In this document: positions 40,081-51,356 of the stretch, piece by piece | How the letters are laid out: each line of letters begins with the position of its first letter | Position numbering within the stretch: the stretch's first letter is position 1 | NCBI GenBank assembly: GCA_043228905.1 | Contig: JBHGNT010000020.1 | Span: forward strand, 12,276,001 to 12,340,000 | Direction: 5' to 3' | DNA length: 64,000 nt | DNA from: Azolla caroliniana | Taxonomy: Eukaryota > Plantae > Polypodiophyta | Translations under genes and position numbers: made by a program | The notes under the pieces: generated by a model | Seen by the model: only the letters and a program-made list of their open reading frames with translations | The model's database searches: none | Told to the model about the DNA's origin: nothing

Positions 40081-40983
40081 AAAGTCCTGCGGCTTTAAGT
40101 CGCTCAACTTTGTTAACCTGACACTGGTGACATTTAGTCACATAGCTATGTATGTCAGGACGCATCTTAGGCCAATAAAATTGAGTGGAGATGAGAACAA
40201 GTGTACGATGTATTCCAGGGTGCCCTGCTGAGGGTGCATCATGGCATTAAAAAAGAATCCTCTTTTTGACCTCGGGTAAATCTGGAACACAAACCTTCCC
40301 ATTACGGTAGAGCAAACCGTTAGCAATGTGGAAGTATTCCTTCGAGGATGTGGTGGTGTCTGTTCCAGACTCAACTCTTGCCCAATATTTTGCGAAATAA
40401 CTGTCATCAGGATACTTTCCTCGAAGGTGATCATAAAGATCTGATGATATTTCAGTGAAGCTAAGCGTGTTAACTTCACGGATGCGACTTAGTGCATCAG
40501 CGACAGTGTTCATGGAACCTTTACGATATCGTATGGAAAAATCAAAGTCCTGGATGAGATCAGCCCATCGTGCCTTATGACCTTTCAGGTCTTGTTGGTC
40601 ACAGAAATATTTCAAGGACTCGTGGTCCGTAGTTACCACAAAGTGATTTCCATAAAGATAATGGCGCCATGTTTTGAGCGCATGTATAACTGCAAATAAT
40701 TCCTTTTCTTGAACGGTATACCGACATTGAGCAGAATCAAGTTTCTTACTCTCGAATGCTATTGGTTTACCATCTTGATACAAGACAATACCTATAGCAT
40801 AATCGCTTGCATCGGTTTCAACCTCAAAAGGTTTTGAAGGATCAGGTAAAAGAAGTGAAGGAGCCTTGCAAACGAGGTCCTTGAGTTCCTTAAAGGCGAG
40901 GTCTAGTGTAGCATTCCACACAATAGGTTTTGTAGACTTACGCGTTTGACCTTTTAAAAGATCAGTAAACGGCGTCGTCAATT
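40081..40983 (-). pseudogene. Element C RNase H and integrase N-terminus (between E and F)
   Basis: VETDASDYAIG, EKELFAVIHAL, TDHESL, ADALSR; in-frame stop at 40247. Confidence 0.88.
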
Positions 40984-41092
40984 GGGAGTGTCATGAACAG
41001 TACTGAGACAGAGAAGGAATTAGTACTAAACGAAGGATTAGTACTATGAGAGGTGTGGAACTTCTTCGAGAGAAGGAAGAAGTGAGCGAGAC

Positions 41093-41134
<42 letters not shown>

Positions 41135-41432
41135 TGTGTGTGTGATGATAAGAAAGATATGTATTATATGAAGAGAATATACAATGGTGGCTAAAAGGCT
41201 TAAGACTAGCGTTGAACCAATTTGGTTCAACATAATGCCTAATGCCCTCTTTTATAGTGTTTTCAGGAGTAATCCTAAAGCTTCTAGAATGTTCCCGAGA
41301 AATCTGGAATATACACTAATTTCCTATAATAAAATGTAAATGAAAATAATATCCTACGTATTACAATAGATGGTCTAACGGTCAAGAGCTCGACCCATAT
41401 AACCTAAGGTCATGGGTTCGAGTCTTGCCATA

Positions 41433-44400
41433 TCATGACACTATCCCCCCTTTAAAACGACGAGTGTCACGAGTCGTCTTGGATTGAGGACCCGGTTTGT
41501 GTGGATATTGACGATGGAAGTCTTCAAGAAGAGCACGAGCATTGGTTACATTCTCGATCGGTTCCCAAGTACGTTCGCTGGGGCTATAGCCTAGCCAATC
41601 GACTAGATAGTAGAGCTTGTTGCGAACAATCTTGGAATCAAGGATGGCGGCAACCTCATACTCCGGCCCATCTTCAAGCTCGATCGGGGGTGGAGGTTGG
41701 ATAAGACGTCCTGGGATGGTGCTCTCGTGGTAGGGTTCGAGGAGAGAACTATGAAACACCGGATGTATCCGAAGTTGAGGAGGTAGATCGAGACGAAAAG
41801 CGACATCATTAATCTTTCCAATAATACGGAAAGGACCTAATCGCCGATAATCCAACTTCTCACATGGGCGAGTAGTCTTGATGTGTCGTCGTAGCAGCCA
41901 CACCCGATCTCCAATATTAAAACTGGATGGAAGTCGATGACGATCCGCGTAGACCTTGTGTGTTTGTTGAGCTTGTTGGAGATGAGCAGATAAATCCGCT
42001 TGTATCTTGCGTAACCGCTCCAAACGATCCTCCGCGCACGGATTTGTGGACGCCTCTGGGGTTTCAAGTACACTCCACCGGGGGTGACATCCCGTATAAG
42101 CATAAAATGGCGTAACTTTAGTGGATGCGTGGATAGAGTTGTTATAGGCAAATTCGGCGAAGTGGAGAATATCTGCCCAGTCGTCCTGATGATAGCTGAG
42201 AAAGCACCGCAGATACTGCTCCAGTGTTTGATTTGTTCGTTTAGCTTGGCCGTCGGTTTGTGGGTGGTAGCCGGAGGAGAGGTTACAAGTGACCTTGAGC
42301 ATGTTAAAAGGTGCTTCCAGAATTTTGACACGAACTGGGGTCCACGGTCGCTGATGATACTATCGGGAAGTCCATGATGCCGACATACTTCACGCATGAC
42401 AATTTCGGCAGTGTCTTCACTGGAGATCTCCTTAGTACATGGCAAGAAATGAGCCATCTTCGTATATCGATCGACCACCGTTAGAATCGCATTGAACCCC
42501 TTAGAGACTAGAAGATTTGTGATGAAGTCTAGAGCAATGGATTGCCACGGCTTGCTTGGAATTGGTAATGGTTCTAATAAACCATATGGATGATGCCTTG
42601 GCATTTTCGCTCTGCAACATGTATCACAAGTCCGAACAAAATCCTCGACAAATTGTCGCATACAGGGCCACCAGAATGATCGTTGTACTAAATGTAATGT
42701 TTTAGTACTACCAAAATGCCCAGCTGTATATGTGTCATGACAGTTTTGTACTACTCGAAGGCGACAAGGACCATTAGGAACATACAAAAGTTCTTTAAAG
42801 AAGAGTAATCCATCATGGTATTTGAATTGCCGATAGTCCGTACCTGGTGGTTGCGACTGTGAACACGACGCTCGAGAGGGATCAATTTGTGCTAGTATAG
42901 CTTGGGCGAACGCATCTGTCTTCAAGTCTTCACGGATGGTATCGATAACGTGGGAATCCATAGGCATGTCAAAGATCTGTGTTGCTTGTAGTTGTGCCGG
43001 TCCCAAGATGACTTGTTTTTGGTTATCGAAAGCTGGCTCACCGGGACGGGGTGCTAGATACGAACGCCGTGATAATGCATCTGCCTTCCCTTGGTGCCTC
43101 CCCGGACGATATGTAATTTTGAAGTCGAAACGCGTGAGGAAGTGGGCCCACCGAGCTTGATGTCGATTCAACACACGAGCATCCTGAAAGTAGGCAAGAT
43201 TCTTGTGGTCACTAAATACGGTGACTGGATGAGAGGATCCCTCCAGAAAATGCCTCCATTGCATAAAAGAATCCACTATTGCCAATAGCTCCTTATCATG
43301 AATTTCGTAGTTGATTTCGGCGGCATCAAACTTGCGTGAGTGAAAAGCCACAGGATGTAGCTTTTCATCATTCCCCTGTTGTGACAGAATGCTCCCCAAT
43401 GCAAAATCCGATGCGTCAGCTTCGATAATGAATGGTTTTTCCGGATCGACATGAACTAGAATTGGAGCCGATGTAAATGCCTTTTTAAGACTCTCAAAAG
43501 CCATGTCCGTTTCTTCAGACCAGATGAACGGTTGTCCCTTCCTAGTAAGTTGTGTGAGAGGTAGAACGATCTTTGAGTAATCTTGTATGAACTTCCGGTA
43601 AAAATTGGCAAAGCCTAAGAAGCATTGCACATCCCGCACCGAACGCGGAGTTTGCCATTCTACCACCGTTTTGACCTTAGCTGGGTCCATGGAGATGCCT
43701 TCTGACGAAATGATGTAGCCGAGAAATTCCACTTGGTTGCACTCGAAACTACATTTTTCCAGCTTTGCATACAGACCATGTTCTCGAAGTTGTTTTAGTA
43801 CTAATAGTACATGAGAATCATGTTCTTCTTGGGTCTTTGAATAAACCAGTAGATCATCCAAATAGATGATCAAACAATCATCCAATAGATCTCGGAATAT
43901 ATCATTAGCCATGTGCTGGAAGACTGCCGGCGCATTAGTGAGGCCGAACGGCATGACAGTATACTCGAAGTGACCATATCTGGTGCGAAACGCGGTCTTC
44001 CATTCGTCTCCTGGTCGGATCCGTACGAGGTTATATGCTCCCCGTAAGTCGATCTTCGTGAAGAACCTGGCACCATTGATCCGTTCTAAAAGACTTGAGA
44101 TAAGGGGAAGAGCATACCTATTCCTGATTGTAACCTTATTCAAGCCACAGTAATCTACAACGAGACGAAACGATCCATCTTTTTTCTTGACGAAGAAAAT
44201 GGGCGCGCCGGCTGGAGATTTCGAATGCCGAATGAAACCATTTTCCAAATTCTCCTCTATATAGGCCCGAAGGACTTCCAGCTTGGTTGGTGACAAATTG
44301 TAGATCGGTCCCCATGGCGGCTCTTTTCCCGGTTGTAAATCGATGGGGCAATCGTACGGTCGATGATGAGGAAGTGTGTTGGTTTGTACTTTATCGAACA

Positions 44401-45028
44401 CATCGGCGTAATGACGATACTTCTCGGGAAGTTGAACGGTGGATTCTTCTTTAGTGGTGCTGGAGGGGTTTACTGATATTGCAAAGAGGAACATTTCCTC
44501 CTTGTGCCCTTCTTTACGCAACTGACGTAGCGAAATGGTTGCCATCTTCTGAGTTGACCCTTGGGTTTGTCGACACCGGATTTCTCTTGTTCTCCAATCT
44601 ATGTCTGGGTTATGTAACTCGAACCACGGTAGTCCTAAAACTATAGGATGTTCTGGGATAGTAATAATATTAAATGATACTACACATGCTAAGTTATCTA
44701 GGACAATATTAATGGGCTCTGACTCTTCTATGATATTTCCAAAAGCAATGGGACGTCCATCAATGACTACTACAGAGGCTGGACACTGGAGTTTTCTTAG
44801 GGATATCTTATGAGCTTGAGCAAATTTCTTATCCATAAAGCAAGAGTTAGCTCTGGAATCTAGGAGTGCTAGGACATGTACTGGAGGGGTACTTTTAGTA
44901 CTAACTATTACTTGGGCTACGAACACATCACTAACTTGCTTAGAGGGAATGGAACCACTAATGGGCTGCACAGATCTAGGGCTGTCCAACCAAACGACTC
45001 CTATTTTGGTTGGACTTAGTCGTTTAAC
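41433..45028 (-). pseudogene. pol: Element F pol (PR, RT, RH, IN, chromodomain) with one frameshift near 42302
   Basis: LLDSRANS (DSG>DSR), YLDDLL, EADASD, HDTYTAGH...CDTC, IALDFI, chromodomain EYEVAAILDSK...YLVDWLGY...TWEP. Confidence 0.9.
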
Positions 45029-46059
45029 TCTTCTTCTAACTGACTAAGGACATCAAATTTGTTTGCTAGATCTGGGATATTAGTACTATTAGGACTATCA
45101 GATATCCCTATTGAAATAGGCTCGGATTTAGTACAATTAGAACTAGCGACTATTTGGTTTACCTGTCTTCTTGGCCTATGGGGGCAATTTATTGCGATAT
45201 GTCCTGGTCCACCGCAGTAAAGACATAGTCGATTTGTACGGCGTCGCTGCTTTTCTTCTTCGGATAATGGCCCTCGACGACGTGTAGTGTCAATCTCCAT
45301 CGGAGTCGGAGTATTCGCTGGAGGCGCATTATATGACTCCCTCGGAAAAGGTCTTGCTACCACTGAGGCGTAGGTGGGCTCTAATCTTGCCTTCGGCATC
45401 TGTAGCTGTCGTTCCGAACGTCGCTCAAAGAGGCGGTTGTCACATCTCACCGCGCGACTGATTGCTTCTGTTAAGGACTTTGGCTCTTCGGGGAAGGTCA
45501 AGAGTAAATCCTTGACGTCGTTGCGTAAACCATAACGGAATTGCTCCATCAACGCTTGATCATCCCAAGGGATATCGGCGGCGAGTAGGCGAAAATCTGC
45601 AGCGTATGCGGAGGCTGGACGGTCACCTTGGCGTAATCGCCGGATTTTGTTGATTGCGGTCCTGATGCTGTCAGTATCTCCGAAACATGCTTTAAACTCA
45701 CTTAGAAACTCTTCAAAATTGTTGAGTAACGGAGATTCCTTTTCTAATAGTGGAGCGAACCATGACAACGCTGAGCCACTTAACAAAGTGCCTACTAAAC
45801 CCACTCGTGATGCATCGGTGGGATATCGGGAAGGATGCATTTGAATAACTAATCGTACCTGGTTAAGGAACCCTCTAAACTGCGATAGCGTTCCATCGAA
45901 CTTCGTGGGAAGGCCAATCTTAGGTTCTTTAAGAATCCCTTGTGTTCCGGGCCCTTGTTGTTGCATCGCTACGATGGTGGCTTCGAGTTGTTGCACGCGT
46001 AACACAAGTTCCCCATGTTGTTGTTGCGTTTGCTGCTTTTCTAAGGAGATTTGCTGAAG
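45016..46059 (-). pseudogene. gag: Element F gag (PEG10/RTL1/sushi-type), start codon deleted
   Basis: PTKFDG...FLNQV...LSGSALSWF, LRQG, PMEID, CLYCGGPGHIAINC. Frame is open with no upstream ATG up to the LTR junction. Confidence 0.88.
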
Positions 46060-46488
46060 AGTACTGAGACAGAGAAGGAATTAGTACTAAACGAAGGATT
46101 AGTACTATGAGAGGTGTGGAACTTCTTCGAGAGAAGGAAGAAGTGAGCGAGACAGAGAGAAAGAGAGAGAGAGAGTGTGTGTGTGTGATGATAAGAAAGA
46201 TATGTATTATATGAAGAGAATATACAATGGTGGCTAAAAGGCTTAAGACTGGCGTTGAACCAATTTGGTTCAACATAATGCCTAGTGCCCTCTTTTATAG
46301 TGTTTTCAGGAGTAATCCTGAAGCTTCTAGAATGTTCCAAAGAAATCTAGAATATACACTAATTTCCTATAATAAAATATAAATGAAAATAATATCCTAC
46401 GTATTACAATAGATGGTCTAATGGTCAAGAGCTCGACCCATATAACCTAAGGTCATGGGTTCGAGTCTTGCCATATCATGACAGGGAG

Positions 46489-48858
46489 TAATTACGAAGA
46501 GACTTTCGCAAAAACCCGACAAAACCAAGGAATGATCGAACTTCTCGAATATTCTGAAGAGTGGACCAAAGCTTGATTTTCTCAATGCGAGAAGGATCAA
46601 TTTCAAGTCCTCGTTCGGTTATGAGATGTCCTAGATAAGTAATTGATTTCTTGAAGAACTCACATTTTGAGATCTTCGCATAAAACTGTTTGTCACGCAA
46701 TGTTTGTAAAACAAAGCGGACATGTCTAGCATGTTCTTGTAATGTACGACTATAAACTAAAATATCATCCAAGAAAATAACGACAAATTTTCCAAGTTGT
46801 TCTCGGAAAATGTCATTCATTTCTTGTTGAAAAGTAGCCAGAGCATTGGTCAAACCAAAAGGCATAACCAAAAACTCGTAATGGCCATAACGCGTACGAA
46901 ATGCCGTTTTAGGAACATCGTCCTCACTTATTCGTGTTTGATGGTAGCCAGTACGGAGATCAAGTTTCGTAAAATACCAAGCTCCTTGGAGACGGTCAAT
47001 TAGATCGTCAGCCCGGGGCAATGGGTACGAATTCTTGATCGTCACTTTATTCAAGCGTCGGTAATTAATACACATACGCCATGTGCCCTCTTTCTTTTTA
47101 ACCAAGAGAACTGGTGCACCCCATGGAGATTTACTATAACGTATATAACCCATTCGTAAATAGTCCTTGAGTTGCTTAGATACCTCATCTTCTTCGGATC
47201 GACTTAAGCGATACGGAGGTATACTTATTGGTGCAACACCAGGTACAATATCTATACGATGGTCTATATTACGTTTAGGAGGTAACCTATCAGGTAGTTC
47301 ACTTGGAAAAACATCATGAAAATCATTTAAGATTTCTTCAAGTTGTTGTTGTTCAAAATATGTTAATTGAACCGGGACATTATCGATATTGTAAATGTGA
47401 ATGTCCGGATCAAGTACACAATAAAATAATGTAGAACAAGACAACTCGGATATTGATGGACACGAGAAAACAATTGAATAAAATGCGTACAATCGTTCAG
47501 TACAAAAGAAATGGAATGACGAACCCAATCAATAAATAAAGAAGAGTTTTTATTATAAAACCAGGGATAACCCAGTATTACATCGGTGGTACAAAGATTC
47601 ATTACATGGAAGTCTACTTCCTCTATATAAGTATCAATAGAAATTCCTAATGAATGAATCGCCCCGTTGATGTATTGTACTCTTCCATCAGCCAAGTGCA
47701 CTGTGTAGGTGTGATCACTTACGGTGGGTTGGATTCCCCATATCTGAACCAAATGATCATTCACAAAATTGTGTGAGCTTCCCGAATCAAATAAAAATTG
47801 TACAGGAGATCCATTGATATACCCGTTTGCACGTAGTAAATCATTGGGACCCAATACATAGTGAGGGAAAGAACATTGACAATTACTTAAATGATGTGTA
47901 TAGACCTGAAGGACATTAGGAATCTGACCTTTATGGTCTGCAGCTTTAGCTTTGTTGTCGTGCTCTTTCCGTTGGAGCTTTCGACATTGATCTTTTGTAT
48001 GACCCTTCTTTTTGCAGAATACGCAAAAAGGATGTTGTCGCTTACAATCGCGATCCAGGAATTCGTTGGGTGTCTTGCGTTTCCCAACAAATTGCGACTG
48101 CTTAGTCCCGGGCGCTTCATTGGGTTTGTTATGGTCCTTCTTCGAAGTGCGTTGATAGCGAAGAACTATTTCAACGGCCTCTTCGAAGGATTTTGGATCC
48201 TTATCGTGCACTATCCAGTGATAGTCCGAATTGGGGATGCCATTGACAAAACAAGCTATCAACCAATTGTCCCCTTCTAGACCCGATTTTTGGATTTGGG
48301 TTCTAGCATGGTGAACATAGTCTTCTAGCGAGGAAAATTTCCTGCTAGAGAGGTTCATTAAAGCTTGTGCTGCCTCGGTTCAAGAGGGAGGTTGTAGAAA
48401 TTGGCCCTTAAAAACCGTGACAAAATCTGTCCAGGTATCTGGCAATTTCCCCATAGTACGGAGCCCACGCCACCAGGCGGCGGCCCCCTGAGTTCTCGGC
48501 CGACATATGAAATCTTCGTACTATCTGGCGTGGGATAGAGCTCAAAATGAGACTCCCATCGTCCCAGCCATGTGCAGATTGCTTCTTCGGTTCTTTCCTT
48601 TTTGTCTCCCGTAAATGGCTTAACGACAAATGATGGTTCACCTTGTCGCTCATCAGGTCTATTAGTCTCACATTGTAGACTAATGACACGTGCCTCGAGA
48701 GCACTTTGAGATTGCCGAAGTTCGGTCATCTGTTGAGCGGTGAAACTAAGGTATTGGGTTATTTGTGCCAAATACATCTCAGTGGACATTTGTCCAGGAG
48801 GATTCCCTTGAGTTCCTTCCGCTTGAGCGGATGACATCGGGTCGTTAATTTGAGCCAT
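46489..48858 (-). pseudogene. Element C gag, protease and RT, frameshifted
   Basis: [45 protein letters not shown] and IFLDDIL in ORFs 48858-48358, 48358-47363 and 47528-46476. Confidence 0.9.
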
Positions 48859-50030
48859 TAAAGATTATTTCTGGAAAAGAAATAGGATAAGGTCAGAGAG
48901 ATAGTCATAACATCATGTCGTGATGTAAACATATCATGGGCAAACATTAATCGATATCATGATCTCACGTCAATACCCCTCTAGACGTATGAGATGAGGT
49001 TCAAGATCAGGTTACTATGGTAACACAAAGGTGTTTTAAAAACCACGGGGGTGACAAATAAATGTCTTTCCCTGATCTCTATATCGATTTTTTCATGGTG
49101 GCTCCCCGAGGCTCAACCATGTATGTTCGCGTCATGAATAGTTTATACACGAAAAAAATGTTAACAATAAACCATGTTTCGGTGCCCACATATGTGGTTT
49201 CGGCTCTTTAAGTCCTATTACGAGGACCCCGAGGTGCACTTAGACCTTAAGTCTAAACATGTGTTATAGTCATATGTATCAAGGATGTTGTATGGTCTTG
49301 GTCATATTTGAACTCGAGACCTCGAGAACAAATACATTAAACACTTGAGCCAACCAAGTAAGTTGCTCTTCTTGAATGCTTAATATTTGATGCGTATAAG
49401 AGATATGCGAGATCATATATGTTTTTTTTTCAAAGAACATATATGTCAAGGGTCCTTATTTCACCCTCATTTACCAAAACTATGTTGGTACGTTACCTAA
49501 CCTCAAGTCTCGTAATTACGATGGCATACGCCAAAGTGCAACCTAATGGTCAAGCCAAATGAGCCCTCGTTTCGTAGTAGGCTCACGTGGGCCATCACAT
49601 GGTCACGTCATTACGAATGCCTCTCGTAAGAACGAGCTCATGGTGGCATTGTATCCATGTAACGAGGGAGGGATGTTGGATACGTGCGTCATTGGAGCGA
49701 CCTCACTTGAACTGGGTCAAGCCCTACGTACTCAACATCATTATGGCTATTGGCGTTTCTTTACGTAACGAAATCGAGGTCATCAACGGGGTTATCAACA
49801 ATAAAAAATTGTTGAAAAAGGGATGGTGACAACGCCATTCTCACAAAAATGTGAGGACGGCCACCAACATCCTTTTCCCGACCAGGACAACTTTCGACAT
49901 AATCACATAATAACGAATATACACATATGTTTACTTTTCACATATATACGATCAAATACGTATATATGTGACCACATATGCCTATATTAAACATATCGTT
50001 ATATTAAATAGCCACAAATGATGTGATCGA

Positions 50031-50300
50031 GATACGTAATCGAGGTATATACCTCTACGCACACGAAACATCCACAAATAAGAGATCATCGTAATACGCA
50101 ATTGAGGTATTGACCTCTTACGCATACGAGACCAACCGCATATCGTTTACAACAAATCAAGGTATTAAACTCATACGCAAATGTAACATATGTTCGTGAA
50201 CGTAATACGTAATTGAGGTATTAACCTCGTACGCATACGACACTCATCACATATTATTAATATGTCAAACGAGGTATTGACCTCGTGCACATATGTAAAC
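50031..50300. repeat. Array of five 55-62-bp units with palindromic core GAGGT-N4-ACCTC in C's 5' leader
   Basis: Cores at 50042, 50104, 50159 (degenerate), 50215 and 50271. Confidence 0.8.
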
Positions 50301-51356
50301 GTTTTAGATAATCAATTAAAGACCACTACAAGATCATTGACTTAATGAAAACAATTGACATATAAACTAAACACATGATTAGATGGGAGAAGAGAGAATA
50401 GAAAAAAAATTCTGGAAAGAGTTACCGAAGTTCTTTGTTGATCGTTGTCTGGATCAAGGCCGACCGCACAACGATCGATCAGTATCAATCAAAAGACAAA
50501 TGAAAAACAAAGAAACATTAGTACGTAAATCTGATACCAAATATTATAGATCTTAGTACTAAAGTAAGCTTAAGATAAGGATAAAGTAATGATAGATAGA
50601 AAGGAGAAAGAGAAAGAAGGGTGCCGATCCACCCGACCACCCCCGAGCGAAGGGATCGAGACGGACTCGAGCCTCGATCGGCGTCCCATACCACTGCCGT
50701 GGCGTCGAGTCGTACCTGGTGCTGGCGCGCTCGCTACAAGAGTTGACCCACCACACGAGCAGAGTCTCGATGTAGTCAAAAGATGATCAAATGAGGGTAG
50801 CTAGACCTCTTATTTATAGCGATACCCAAGGCCCCTAGGCAAGTTCACACTTGACCTAATGGGTTGTCTCAATCCCGAGGATTAAATGTAATCCTCCCCT
50901 ACTTTACACTCTCGTTTAACCCTCACACTTATCCACGTGTATAGAATACTACGATAAATTCTCACCACGGGATATTATATGGTCATGCCCGTAACAAGCG
51001 AGACGGGGTTTCTGAGCTTGAGAGCGATGGAGATTGGGAGCGATAATGAACTTCTGTGTCTGTGCTGCGTTTTGGAAACGGTTTTAGTAACTTACTCCTA
51101 GGGTTTTGTGCCTGAAGCGAATCCTGAAGATTCTGAGTCGTGGGTGCCATAATAAGTGACTAGCACCACGTGTCCTGAAGGTGAGTGGGGTGCTTCTAGT
51201 GCTTTGCATGTGCTTAAATAGGTACTAAATGAGTGGTGGCGAGGGGTGCTCCTAAATTTGTGGGTGCCTAGGTGGGTGGTGTAGGTGTAGCTAATCAGTG
51301 GCTAAACTATGGTTAATCCTACCTACTTTATTAATTTCAAGAAGGTGGGTGAGTCC

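Larger units (their letters stand above)
40989..46483 (-). mobile_element. Element F: Tcn1/sushi-like chromovirus inserted at C's RT/RNase H junction; defective
   Basis: TSD GGGAG (40984-40988 / 46484-46488), termini TGTCATGA...TCATGACA. 3' LTR 40989-41440 with adjacent PPT; 5' LTR ~46060-46483 lacks its inner ~10 bp. Confidence 0.94.
25839..50996 (-). mobile_element. Element C: chromovirus Ty3/gypsy related to B, inserted between pol and the extra ORF of A; hosts D, E and F
   Basis: TSD AGCGA (25834-25838 / 50997-51001). 5' LTR 50542-50996; 3' LTR 25839-26251+33595-33636. tRNA-iMet PBS (plus-strand TCTGATACCA 50530-50539); PPT (plus-strand TACTCCCCCCTCTTT from 33637). ~11 LTR substitutions. 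Confidence 0.93.

Noticed and set aside
41364-41440. Functional tRNA gene (also 26465-26540)
   Set aside because: A/B boxes are well spaced but acceptor, anticodon and T stems do not pair properly; reported only as tRNA-like
50031-50300. CRISPR array
   Set aside because: Eukaryotic retrotransposon leader; repeats are degenerate, linkers are related to one another, and no cas genes are present
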